64,000 nt of DNA, from the IMG/VR virus record IMGVR_UViG_3300017763_000005, positions 33,607 to 97,606 of that record; one strand, written 5' to 3'. The translations under genes and the position numbers were made by a program. The notes beneath the pieces are model-generated. The model was given only the letters and a program-made list of their open reading frames with translations, searched no databases and had not been told where the DNA came from. The first letter of the stretch is position 1. Each line of letters opens with the position of its first letter. Shown here piece by piece: positions 1 through 9,185 of the stretch. The DNA is from a virus.

Positions 1-774
1 TACAAATAATTTAACAGCTTCATCTTCCATTTGTTTTGATATTTTAACAAAGTCTTTATCTTCTTTTAAGAGATTACGTATCATAACTGTTGTACCAGCT
101 AAATGAGTATTTTCATCTCTTGCAATAAACTTAATAATCTTTGCGTTACCTTCCATCTTTTTTAATTCAGCAAATGCCCATGAACAAGCAAATGATACAT
201 AGAATCTAATACCTTCTAATGCATTAGCTGATAATAAACACATCCATAGTGTTCTTTTATTTGATAACTTGTTTGTTGCTGCTCTATTATCGTCAATAAG
301 TTCATCATAGTATTTTGCAATGTCATCTCCACATTCCATAATTTCTTTTACATCAAGCATTGAATCAAAGACTGCACTTGGATCTGGATAGATGTTTCTT
401 ATAATATGAGTGTATGATCTACTATGAATTGTCTCAAAGAATGACCATGTTTCAATCCAGTTCTCTACTTCAGGTAACGAACATATAGGAAGGAAAGCAA
501 GGTTCGGGGCCCGACCTTGAACAGAGTCCAATAGTATTTGCCTTTTGAGATTAGATGTGAAGATGTGTTTTTCATGATCAGTTAAATTATCAAAATCCTT
601 TTTGTCTTTAGATACATCAACTTCTTCAGGTCTCCAAAAGAAACCAAGTTGTTTATCTGTTATCTTTTCTAGTTGAGGGTATTTGACTTGATCGTATCTT
701 GCGATGTCAACACTCTCATCAAAAAACATATTACGTTCTAAGTGAGATTTTTTATTTTTCTTGAGTACTGCCAT
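1..774 (-). CDS. nrdB: Ribonucleotide reductase class Ia beta subunit (3' part runs off window)
   Basis: Hand translation from ATG at 774: MAVLKKNKKSHLERNMFFDESVDIARYDQVKYPQLEKITDKQLGFFWRPEEVD...FETIHSRSYTHI...LEGIRFYVSFACSW...RDENTH; follows nrdA. Confidence 0.95.
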   Translation of the reverse strand, partial: MAVLKKNKKSHLERNMFFDESVDIARYDQVKYPQLEKITDKQLGFFWRPEEVDVSKDKKDFDNLTDHEKHIFTSNLKRQILLDSVQGRAPNLAFLPICSLPEVENWIETWSFFETIHSRSYTHIIRNIYPDPSAVFDSMLDVKEIMECGDDIAKYYDELIDDNRAATNKLSNKRTLWMCLLSANALEGIRFYVSFACSWAFAELKKMEGNAKIIKFIARDENTHLAGTTVMIRNLLKEDKDFVKISKQMEDEAVKLFV

Positions 775-985
775 CGGGTTTCCATGAAATGTTTGATTTT
801 GTTTCTATTGCGTCTTGTGCGCACTGTATATATTCTTTGTCTTCTTCTGAAAGTACTGACCAAAATTTACTTATTGTTAAGGTATGATCATATACTACTT
901 TCGGATTTCTTAAATGATAATCTACTTCCATCCAAGCTTGAAGTATGTCCATTCTTTGATTTATTTTCTTTCTTAAATCTTGCAT
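752..985 (-). CDS. Hypothetical protein between nrdA and nrdB
   Basis: 77-aa ORF overlapping the nrdA stop and nrdB start. Confidence 0.6.
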   Translation of the reverse strand: MQDLRKKINQRMDILQAWMEVDYHLRNPKVVYDHTLTISKFWSVLSEEDKEYIQCAQDAIETKSNISWKPDGSTQEK

Positions 986-3282
986 GAATCACAATCTTCA
1001 TCATCTTCAACATAGGTTTCTGCTTCACCATCATATGCATGATGAGTTTCACCATCAGTTATCTCACCAGCACCATCAAAGGTGTTAAAGTAATACAACT
1101 GTTTGAGGCCATACTTATATGCCGTCACGAGATCAGTAATCATTACTGACATTGGTACCTTATTATCCTCAAAGTGTTCAGGATTATAAGATGTGTTTAC
1201 AGAGATACCTTGGTCTATATACTTTTGTAATATACCACATATTGCTAAGTATCCTTCTGGAGATTTTTGATCCCACAGTAAATCATACTTATTCTTAAGG
1301 TGGTGATAACCAGGTACGACCTGAGCCATTACACCATCTTTACTCTGTTTGTACGATACCAATGCTCTTGGTGGTTCAATACCATTCGTACTGTTACTTA
1401 TCTGAGCGCTTGTTTCAGCGGGCATTAAGGCCATTAGTGTAGAGTTTCGAATTCCCGTTTCTCTGAGTTGTTCTCTTAACTCTTCCCACGGCAAACGTTC
1501 TCTATGCACTATAAGATTATCTAACGCTCTCTTATAAGTGTCGATAGGAAGTACTCCATCAGAATATTTCGTATCAGTATTATATATCAATTTTCCTTTC
1601 TCAGCGGCAAGGTTTGCTGAACTTTTTATTAAATAATATGACCATGCTTCTGCATATTCATCTACTATTTCGTATGCAGATTCATCGTATTTTAATCCTC
1701 TTTTTGCAAGAAAGTACGCGAGGTTGATAATCCCAACTCCCAACGGTCTTCGAGATAATGTACCTTTTTCTGCTGCTGGGATTGGATACCCTTGATAGTC
1801 AAGTAGCTCATCAAGAGCACGCACAGACAAATCGCAATATTTTTCAAATTCGGTGGTTTCATTTATAAGTCCCCAATTAATAGCCGATAAAGTACATAAT
1901 GATATTTCACCTTCTGTGTCATCATAGTTACTTAAGGGCTTTGTAGGTAAATCAATCTCACAACATAAATTACTCATACGTATTGGAGCAACTTCAGGTT
2001 TAAACGCACCATGATCATTTGCATGATCTACATTCATAAGATATATTCTACCTGTATCTTTTCTTTCAGTTAAAAATTGTTGAAAGACTTCAAGCGCTGG
2101 TAATGATTTTTTACGTATTGATGTCTTTCTTTCGTACTTCTCATATAACTTATCAAACTCATCTTGATCTGCAAAGAACGCTTCATAGAGTCCTGGCACA
2201 TCATTTGGATCGAAGAAAGTTATATTACCGCCTGATAATAACCTTTCATACATAAGTTTATTGAATTGAAATGCATAGTCCATATGTCTTACACGACTTT
2301 CATCAGTACCTTTATTGTTTTTAAGTACAATAAGATCTTCAAACTCATAGTGCCAAAGAGGTAAATAAACTGTGGCCGCTCCTCCACGTACACCTCCTTG
2401 CGAGCACGACTTCACAGCCGATTGAAAATACTTTAGGAATGGTATTAATCCTGTATGTACAACCGAACCATCACCTACCTTGGCACCATTCGCTCTTATT
2501 GATCCTGCGCCTATTCCAATACCTGCTTTCTTGCTTATATATCTGACAATAGAAGTAGCAGTAGCATTAATAGAATCAAGGGAATCTCCTGATTCAATAA
2601 GGACGCAAGAACTGAATTGTCGAGTCGGTGTTCTAACGCCTGCCATGATTGGAGTAGGTAGTGATATATAGAATTGAGAAATTGCATCATAATAGTCCTT
2701 TACAAATTTAAGTCGGTTATCTTTATACTTACCAAACAAAGTCATTGCAATCATCATATACAATATTTGTGGAGTTTCGTATATTTGTTTAGTTCTTCTA
2801 TCTTGAACTAAATATTTACCACGGAATTGTTCCATTCCAGCGTATGTAAATGTATCATCTCTTTCATGCTTAATATAATCATTAAGCTCACTGATTTCTT
2901 CATCACTATATATGTTAATGACTTCTTCATCATATACTCCAAGTTGTATATTCCTATTAATGATTACCCAAAGCGATGGAACTTGATAGTCTCCATAAGC
3001 TTCTTTTCTCATTTTATAAGATATAAGTCTTGCTGCTACGAATTGATAGTTTGGTGTATGATCAGAAATTAATTCTGCTGTGGATTTGATTAACAACTCA
3101 TGAATATCATAAGCTGGAATCTTATCGTAAAGTTGTATGTTTGCTTTGAGTTCGATTTCAGACATTGATACGCCTGATATATCTTCAACTGCCCATTCTA
3201 AAACTTTGTGTACTTTCTCTAAATCAAATGGTTGTATTGTTCCATCTCGCTTAGTGACATTTATTGTAGTTGTTCCATTCAT
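973..3282 (-). CDS. nrdA: Ribonucleotide reductase class Ia alpha subunit
   Basis: ATP-cone (VTKRDG), SSCVL, SNLCCEI and C-terminal CDSCKI motifs. Confidence 0.98.
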   Translation of the reverse strand: MNGTTTINVTKRDGTIQPFDLEKVHKVLEWAVEDISGVSMSEIELKANIQLYDKIPAYDIHELLIKSTAELISDHTPNYQFVAARLISYKMRKEAYGDYQVPSLWVIINRNIQLGVYDEEVINIYSDEEISELNDYIKHERDDTFTYAGMEQFRGKYLVQDRRTKQIYETPQILYMMIAMTLFGKYKDNRLKFVKDYYDAISQFYISLPTPIMAGVRTPTRQFSSCVLIESGDSLDSINATATSIVRYISKKAGIGIGAGSIRANGAKVGDGSVVHTGLIPFLKYFQSAVKSCSQGGVRGGAATVYLPLWHYEFEDLIVLKNNKGTDESRVRHMDYAFQFNKLMYERLLSGGNITFFDPNDVPGLYEAFFADQDEFDKLYEKYERKTSIRKKSLPALEVFQQFLTERKDTGRIYLMNVDHANDHGAFKPEVAPIRMSNLCCEIDLPTKPLSNYDDTEGEISLCTLSAINWGLINETTEFEKYCDLSVRALDELLDYQGYPIPAAEKGTLSRRPLGVGIINLAYFLAKRGLKYDESAYEIVDEYAEAWSYYLIKSSANLAAEKGKLIYNTDTKYSDGVLPIDTYKRALDNLIVHRERLPWEELREQLRETGIRNSTLMALMPAETSAQISNSTNGIEPPRALVSYKQSKDGVMAQVVPGYHHLKNKYDLLWDQKSPEGYLAICGILQKYIDQGISVNTSYNPEHFEDNKVPMSVMITDLVTAYKYGLKQLYYFNTFDGAGEITDGETHHAYDGEAETYVEDDEDCDSCKI

Positions 3283-3292
3283 TATAATATAT

Positions 3293-3322
3293 ATTATACC
3301 ACAAAAGTAAACAAATGTAAAC
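3293..3322 (-). promoter_or_regulatory. Sigma70-type early promoter for nrdA
   Basis: GTTTACA-N17-TATAAT with extended TG; ATG 10 nt after the -10 box. Confidence 0.8.
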
Positions 3323-3324
3323 GT

Positions 3325-3627
3325 TTATTTTTGTTTTATTTTAAGTCTTCTTTCTATTTCTTTTATTCTATTGTCAAGGTTGGCATAACCATCAAAGGAT
3401 TCTATACCACACTTAGGGTGTGCATCTCTCTCTAATACTGCAATTCTTTTTGATATGAGAGGATATTTTTCATGGAACTTTTTATCTTGTTTTATAATAT
3501 CGATTCCAAGCTTTGTTTCAGCCCATTTATCTAATTTTAGTAAAGATGGGTGTAAGAAACTAAATACTGATGTTGTTAATAATTTAATAATAATTGCACG
3601 AAAAACGGCAACTATTATGCTAATCAT
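3325..3627 (-). CDS. Hypothetical protein with N-terminal hydrophobic segment (lysis-region protein)
   Basis: 100-aa ORF overlapping the spanin-like gene. Confidence 0.6.
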   Translation of the reverse strand: MISIIVAVFRAIIIKLLTTSVFSFLHPSLLKLDKWAETKLGIDIIKQDKKFHEKYPLISKRIAVLERDAHPKCGIESFDGYANLDNRIKEIERRLKIKQK

Positions 3628-4141
3628 CTTTTTTAATTGCTACACCAGCACCTTTATCGCCGTTAGGCATAGTAACATTTTTATAATAAACTACTACTTC
3701 TCCCAGTTGTTTTAGGTATCGCTTAAGTTCTTGCATATCCTCAGCCATTACTTTATAGTCTCCAACTGATGTAGCTACAAATACAACTTCACCGCTGTTT
3801 TGTTTTTTCATTTCATCAAGGAATCGATCTAAATAAGTATAACCTTCTGGCCAGTCTGGATTTTCTGTTTCAGATTTATCACAAACCTTTGGTCGTTTTT
3901 CTTTACCATCTTCTTGTACAACCTTTTTACAAGGATTAGCAATACGAGCTTCTGATACCACATACCATTTAGGTGCTGTAAGTTCTACAGGTCTTGGCAA
4001 ATCAGGTTGCATAATATCTATTTGTATTGGCTTAGATACAGTCTCTATTTTCTTAGGACCTAATAAACCTAAGGTACTGCATCCTGTAAATAGAAAAATA
4101 CTACTGATTAAGAGTACTAAGTTTTTCTGTATCATCTTCAA
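3620..4141 (-). CDS. Outer-membrane lipoprotein, probable o-spanin (Rz1-like)
   Basis: Lipobox FTGC after a hydrophobic signal, Pro-rich segment, overlaps the i-spanin-like gene. Confidence 0.7.
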   Translation of the reverse strand: MKMIQKNLVLLISSIFLFTGCSTLGLLGPKKIETVSKPIQIDIMQPDLPRPVELTAPKWYVVSEARIANPCKKVVQEDGKEKRPKVCDKSETENPDWPEGYTYLDRFLDEMKKQNSGEVVFVATSVGDYKVMAEDMQELKRYLKQLGEVVVYYKNVTMPNGDKGAGVAIKKDD

Positions 4142-4469
4142 GTCCCTCCATCACTGCTTCACTTGCTTTGTTAAATCTTAATTCTATAAGTCCAGGCTTT
4201 TTAATTGCAAGTGCATCTAAATTATGCCTAGCAAATATAGCTAAATATTTTGCCTTTTCTTCTTCGATCTGAGCATTCTGTCTGCTCATATTCATTAAAG
4301 CTTTACCTTGTTTCTCATATTGTTCTTTCATGATCTCCATAGCTTGTTTCTGTTCTTCGACAGCAGCCTCGAGTTTAATTTGGTTTGCTTTAAATGTTTG
4401 GTTTTGCCCATATAACCACCAGGTACTTAAACCTAGTACTAATATGATAGCTATAAAAAATTGCTGCAT
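4101..4469 (-). CDS. Probable i-spanin (Rz-like)
   Basis: N-terminal TM helix, coiled coil, KKPGLIE motif typical of T4-like i-spanins. Confidence 0.7.
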   Translation of the reverse strand: MQQFFIAIILVLGLSTWWLYGQNQTFKANQIKLEAAVEEQKQAMEIMKEQYEKQGKALMNMSRQNAQIEEEKAKYLAIFARHNLDALAIKKPGLIELRFNKASEAVMEGLEDDTEKLSTLNQ

Positions 4470-4687
4470 TATGAATTCACCTCAATATATTCTTTAATAA
4501 GACCTATAGTTGAAAGAGTTTCTGCATCTTCATCTGCTATTTCTACATCATATTGTTCTTCAAGCTGTAAAATAATTTCAACTGTGTCTAATGAATCAGC
4601 TCCAAGATCATCTACTAATGATTTATCATCGCTACATTCTTCTATTGTTTTACCTAAATGGTCTGCTACTATTTTATTTACTGACAT
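4469..4687 (-). CDS. acpP: Acyl carrier protein
   Basis: DLGADSLDTVE phosphopantetheine-serine motif; 72 aa, acidic. Confidence 0.92.
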   Translation of the reverse strand: MSVNKIVADHLGKTIEECSDDKSLVDDLGADSLDTVEIILQLEEQYDVEIADEDAETLSTIGLIKEYIEVNS

Positions 4688-4956
4688 TATTCGTCCTCTA
4701 TCTTATATCTTAAACCTTGCATACCTTTGATATGCACAGTTCTTTTATCATCTGTTCTAAACTTTAGTTCTTTGAAGTTTGATTTTATTATTTTTCTCAC
4801 ATGCACATATTTTTGATCGTCACCATTACCCCATTGATTATCAAAGGAAACAGTAACAGTAAATCTTGGATTTAACTTATTTACTATCCACCAATAAACT
4901 TTCTTAACAATATTAATCAGTTTTTTTAAGTATTTCACGTGCGTTTCTCCTAGCAA
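4687..4956 (-). CDS. Hypothetical protein
   Basis: ORF in a tightly packed operon. Confidence 0.6.
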   Translation of the reverse strand: MLGETHVKYLKKLINIVKKVYWWIVNKLNPRFTVTVSFDNQWGNGDDQKYVHVRKIIKSNFKELKFRTDDKRTVHIKGMQGLRYKIEDE

Positions 4957-5152
4957 GGATACGTTCTACAAACTTCTTACCCTCTTTAGTTCTTCCATCA
5001 TAAATTCTTTTATGCATTTGATTTTTCTTTTTATGTTTATCGTGTTTATCTTTTGGCATAGCGTCTGCTGGCATAGATACACCACCATGACCTACAGCAT
5101 TTGCTGCTGCATCTTCCCACATATCTTGGTATTCTTTAAATGATCTTATCAT
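4913..5152 (-). CDS. Hypothetical protein, probable internal head protein
   Basis: N-terminus MIRSFKEYQDMWE resembles the T4 capsid-targeting sequence. Confidence 0.6.
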   Translation of the reverse strand: MIRSFKEYQDMWEDAAANAVGHGGVSMPADAMPKDKHDKHKKKNQMHKRIYDGRTKEGKKFVERILARRNAREILKKTD

Positions 5153-5739
5153 CTGCTTATATCTCTATTTGTTATGTATATATTTTGTCTTGTTTTAGAA
5201 TGTAATACCCTGTATATATTTATATTAGAAATGCTTCCAACTGGTGTTAATAAGTCATTAACTATAACTTTTGAATTTCTATGCGCTATTATTTCACCAG
5301 TTTCTAAAGATGCTACATCTTCTACTAAAATATAATTACCTGGATAAAGTCTTGCTTCTGAATCTTGATACCAATAGTTTTCATTTATCTCATTACTAAG
5401 CGGTTCTTCTAAAGCTTTTTCTAATGTTTTTAATAATTGTTTTTCAGACATTCCAGTATGTTCTTTAATCAAGAATAGAGCAGCTCCATAACGAGCAACA
5501 ACTGATTTGCCGCCTGGAGCTTTTGCCATTATTCTTTTAAGATTAAATACAAGTCTATGAAAAACTGTATAGGCTGACTTTTCTTCTGGAGTTGTACGTT
5601 CAGGTCCTTTTTTAAGTACCTTACCTTCTTTATCAATTATACCAAGCTCAAACGCTTTTGTTTTCTCAAACGGAGTAACGAGCAATTTCAAAAAGCGAAA
5701 TGCGTAAAATAAATCTCCTGTTCTTGATATAATTCCCAT
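5149..5739 (-). CDS. Conserved T4-like phage hypothetical protein
   Basis: FLKLLVTPFEKTKAFELGIID motif seen in T4-like phage proteins. Confidence 0.75.
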   Translation of the reverse strand: MGIISRTGDLFYAFRFLKLLVTPFEKTKAFELGIIDKEGKVLKKGPERTTPEEKSAYTVFHRLVFNLKRIMAKAPGGKSVVARYGAALFLIKEHTGMSEKQLLKTLEKALEEPLSNEINENYWYQDSEARLYPGNYILVEDVASLETGEIIAHRNSKVIVNDLLTPVGSISNINIYRVLHSKTRQNIYITNRDISR

Positions 5740-6110
5740 TAAAGTTCTCTTAATACCTCTACTATGTTAGGGTCCATTACGACATCAACCTTCTCATCCT
5801 CAGGTAAGTAGTGAAGATATACTAAAAATGGTTTGATATATTGATAGTGATTTTGATCTATCTTATACCATATCATTCTATTACAAGCTTCTATACCAAA
5901 TACGTTATAAAGAACTATAATGTGATTAAGAATTAATCGTTCTTGTAATTCACCATGTTCTTCGTATCGAGTAAGCAACCTTTTGAGATATTTAAATCTA
6001 CTTAAGTCTTGCTTGAATTCTTCTACATCCGTACATTCCGGATTGTTATAATGTTGTGCCGCAAAAAGTTTAAAATTCTTACTCGTCAACTCATCAAATA
6101 CTTTCATCAT
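5739..6110 (-). CDS. Conserved T4-like phage hypothetical protein
   Basis: HYNNPEC...RFKYLKRLL...RLILNHIIVLYNVF motifs. Confidence 0.8.
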   Translation of the reverse strand: MMKVFDELTSKNFKLFAAQHYNNPECTDVEEFKQDLSRFKYLKRLLTRYEEHGELQERLILNHIIVLYNVFGIEACNRMIWYKIDQNHYQYIKPFLVYLHYLPEDEKVDVVMDPNIVEVLREL

Positions 6111-6139
6111 ATATTATATATACCTTTCGGTATAATTAA

Positions 6140-6802
6140 TTAGTCAGTTTCGTTATCAGCTTCGTAGTTTGCATCAACGTAATCAAAGAATTCTTTCTTT
6201 TTATCTCCTTCAAGTTCATCAGGTGATTTTACACCAAATTTCTTAAGAGCTTTATCAAAGAATGCTCGGTATTTTTTTTGTTTTTCAGACTGCTCATCGA
6301 CTTTTTCGTCTTCTTCGTCTTCTTTTTTACCTTCTTTGACGTCTTTCTTTTCTTCTTCTTCGTCGTCTTTGTAGTCTTCTACTTTGTATTTTTTACCAGA
6401 AACTACGAATTCATCATCACCGTTTTTACGAGCAGCATTTAAAGCTTTAGTGAAGGCATTACCTTCTTTTTTCTCATCTTCTTCATCATCATGCTTAGCT
6501 TCTTTAGTTACTGTACCATCTGGATTTTCACCAGATTTTTTTATAACATGCTTGTCTTTAAAATCCTTTTCGCCTTTAGCTCTTGGCTCTTCAACCTCAT
6601 TAACTTTTGGCTTTTCATGAGTGTAACCTTGCTTAGCAAGTTTTTCATGATCTTCAGGAGTTTTAGCAACTACTTTTTCGCCAGTTTTAGGGTGAAACAT
6701 ATCGTGAGGATATTTAGCTTCTTCTTTTTTTGGAGCTTTACCTTCAAGTACATCTTGTACTGTGTTAGCAATGCTCATTGTTATGTCATCATTGAATTTC
6801 AT
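6140..6802 (-). CDS. Lys/Glu-rich protein, probable internal head/core protein
   Basis: Highly charged low-complexity ORF with several x-x-E motifs resembling prohead protease sites. Confidence 0.65.
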   Translation of the reverse strand: MKFNDDITMSIANTVQDVLEGKAPKKEEAKYPHDMFHPKTGEKVVAKTPEDHEKLAKQGYTHEKPKVNEVEEPRAKGEKDFKDKHVIKKSGENPDGTVTKEAKHDDEEDEKKEGNAFTKALNAARKNGDDEFVVSGKKYKVEDYKDDEEEEKKDVKEGKKEDEEDEKVDEQSEKQKKYRAFFDKALKKFGVKSPDELEGDKKKEFFDYVDANYEADNETD

Positions 6803-6813
6803 TTTTTTCTCCG

Positions 6814-7125
6814 TTAATTACTTAAATGAACTATGTATTCCCAAGTAACTGCTGATATTAAACCAACTAATATTACCCAGAATATTCTATTAATAATATT
6901 GACTGTGCTTGCATTGCTATTAACTAATTGCTCAACACGGTCTATTCTATTTATAAGCGATTGCACTTGAGTTGCTTGTTGCTTATTAAATTCTGCGAGA
7001 GTTGAAATCTTCTCTTCAGCTCTTGCAAGCGCTATTATCGCCTGAGCCATTTGATCTAATTTCTCTTCTATTCTATCCAATCTTTGAGATTGAACTGTGT
7101 AAACTTGCATTTCTTGTTTATCCAT
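6814..7125 (-). CDS. Coiled-coil protein with C-terminal TM helix
   Basis: Likely start MDKQEMQ at 7125; hydrophobic C-terminus IFWVILVGLISAVTW. Confidence 0.65.
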   Translation of the reverse strand: MDKQEMQVYTVQSQRLDRIEEKLDQMAQAIIALARAEEKISTLAEFNKQQATQVQSLINRIDRVEQLVNSNASTVNIINRIFWVILVGLISAVTWEYIVHLSN

Positions 7126-7393
7126 CTTTAGAGATAATCCTACATTTGAGGGTGTTAACACCTTTTAATACTCTATGATATTCTCCCTTTGGTACGTCGA
7201 ATATCATGCCTGGTGATAATAAAAACGGTAAACAGTTATCAAACTGTATACACCAACCATCGCCTTCGAGTATTTCAATTTCACGATCTTCATTGTCACG
7301 ATGCCAAACATATTCCTCATCATCTCGATCGATAAAGAATTCTCTCTCTATACCTCCTAAGGTATATTCTTCTGCAAATGGAAGGTTTACCAA
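7118..7393 (-). CDS. Cupin-fold protein
   Basis: WHRD...E.LEG.G and F.VPKGEYHRV cupin motifs. Confidence 0.7.
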   Translation of the reverse strand: MVNLPFAEEYTLGGIEREFFIDRDDEEYVWHRDNEDREIEILEGDGWCIQFDNCLPFLLSPGMIFDVPKGEYHRVLKGVNTLKCRIISKDG

Positions 7394-7758
7394 AAGTAAT
7401 TCCCTCCTCCCTTTAAACCTAATTCTTTAGCATACTTAGGTAATCTACATGCCCAATAACCAGCTGACAATTTATCAGTTTTAGTATCACAGTTATGTCT
7501 TGAAGCAAAGTTTCGAGCAGCATCACGATCATTTATCTTTGATGTTAAACCACCTTTTGCATCTCCAAAGTTTATCTTCTTTACATTACCAGTTTGTGGA
7601 TTTTTTACATATACCACATACTTGCTTGGACCAGCTGATCTTTTTGGTTTATTAAGCTCCGGAGCTTCTATCAATGGTCTTTCTAATGGAACAGTTGTTC
7701 CTTCATATAAACCAAAGTTTTTATTTATATGTTCTTTGAAATTATCCACCGAACTCAT
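7387..7758 (-). CDS. Conserved hypothetical protein
   Basis: KKINFGD...FASRHNC...AGYWAC motif. Confidence 0.7.
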   Translation of the reverse strand: MSSVDNFKEHINKNFGLYEGTTVPLERPLIEAPELNKPKRSAGPSKYVVYVKNPQTGNVKKINFGDAKGGLTSKINDRDAARNFASRHNCDTKTDKLSAGYWACRLPKYAKELGLKGGGNYFW

Positions 7759-8116
7759 GCCCCGCTACTCTTTTCATTTGTTTTTTATATTCAGCAAAGT
7801 CAGGTTTAGATTTATATAGCTTTATAGAAATCTCGTTTCTTTCTTTACCTTTAATACGCCAGTTATAACCTTGTTCTTTATGTTCAGGATCTGTGGTTTT
7901 TACAACTCTTCTTTTGTAACCATCTTCCCAAGTTTCGCCTTTGTATTTACCTTCGCCTTCTTCTACGTTTTCTCCTTTAGCTCTGTCCATAGCTGCTTGA
8001 GTAGGAGCTCCTTTTTCTCCTTTTTTACGCATTGGCTTTCCACTCTTTCTTTTATTATGGATATTGGCCCAAAGACCAGGACCCTTTTCAGAAAGAAATG
8101 ATTTAAATGATATCAT
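7742..8116 (-). CDS. Hypothetical protein, probable internal head protein
   Basis: N-terminus MISFKSFLSE; GLWANIHNKR motif. Confidence 0.7.
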   Translation of the reverse strand: MISFKSFLSEKGPGLWANIHNKRKSGKPMRKKGEKGAPTQAAMDRAKGENVEEGEGKYKGETWEDGYKRRVVKTTDPEHKEQGYNWRIKGKERNEISIKLYKSKPDFAEYKKQMKRVAGHEFGG

Positions 8117-8406
8117 CTTTTTAAATCCATTCTAAACGATTTGCCCTTTTGTTGTTTATCTTTAGTGACTTTAAACTTAGCAATTCTAGCTATTATATTA
8201 GTTAATTCTGTTTTGCCTTTTTTTAAATCTTTTTCTAAGACCTTTTTAACTTCCTTCCATATAGAATCTAGTATATCACTATCACTAGCTACATATGGTG
8301 CTTCATCTAATTCATCTGCTTTAATACCGTCGCCATCTGTATCAATTTCTTTTTCGGCGTCAGTATAAGACTTAAATTTTTGTCTAGCTTGTTTAAAGGT
8401 TTTCAT
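8113..8406 (-). CDS. Hypothetical protein, probable internal head protein
   Basis: N-terminus MKTFKQAR. Confidence 0.65.
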   Translation of the reverse strand: MKTFKQARQKFKSYTDAEKEIDTDGDGIKADELDEAPYVASDSDILDSIWKEVKKVLEKDLKKGKTELTNIIARIAKFKVTKDKQQKGKSFRMDLKR

Positions 8407-9182
8407 TAGTATTTTGATCCTGCGCTTAAGTCGACTTTCATTCTTCTACCTGGTCGTATGTTTCCAGATTTTCTTTTGATTGCTTCATCCATATCTACAT
8501 CGAAGTTGATATGTGTAATATCATAACCTTGACCTTTTTTCTTAGCAGTTAACCATCTACCATTAAGTGAATCCATTGCAACTTTGTTTAAATCAGTCTT
8601 AGGAAACTTCTTACTCTTTGTAGACCCAGGGATAAAATATAAAACACCAAGATCATCGTATAACTCATCATCACCAAATGGCATAAGCTTTAAATATTTG
8701 TCTACTTCCTTTTCAGTAGTAGCAAAGTATGGCTTTGATACAAGGTCCATTAATTTTTGAAGTTTAGTTTTAGTATCTGGTATATCCCATGTACCTTCTT
8801 TAACTTTTTGCACTGATTCTGGTAAAGACATCATAAACTTACCGATATTTTTATTAGGACCTGATACACTAAGTTCAGTACCAGTTTTAGTTTTTTTACT
8901 TACAACTTTTACACCAGCCTTTTGAGCAAGCTTAACTGCAGTCTTATGACTATCGTCGTCCATATCTACTAATTTAACGGTCTCTTCGTTTACTGATTCG
9001 TTTGCTTGTCTTAAAGCATCTTTAACCATAGGATCATTTGCTAATCCTTTTTTCATTGCTTCTATTTTTTTATGAGCTCCAGTCATATTACCACCCATAT
9101 CAATTGCAATCTTTACAGCAGCTGCAACAAGAGATGAAGGGAATTTACTTCTGTATTTTTCTCTTAGTTCTTTAAATTTCAT
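8406..9182 (-). CDS. Hypothetical protein, probable internal head protein
   Basis: N-terminus MKFKELRE; internal x-x-E motifs. Confidence 0.65.
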   Translation of the reverse strand: MKFKELREKYRSKFPSSLVAAAVKIAIDMGGNMTGAHKKIEAMKKGLANDPMVKDALRQANESVNEETVKLVDMDDDSHKTAVKLAQKAGVKVVSKKTKTGTELSVSGPNKNIGKFMMSLPESVQKVKEGTWDIPDTKTKLQKLMDLVSKPYFATTEKEVDKYLKLMPFGDDELYDDLGVLYFIPGSTKSKKFPKTDLNKVAMDSLNGRWLTAKKKGQGYDITHINFDVDMDEAIKRKSGNIRPGRRMKVDLSAGSKY

Positions 9183-9185
9183 TTT

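Noticed and set aside
6119-6134. TATACC-GAAA-GGTATA GNRA hairpin before the 6110 gene
   Set aside because: A short AT-rich stem with no U-tail; function cannot be supported from sequence alone
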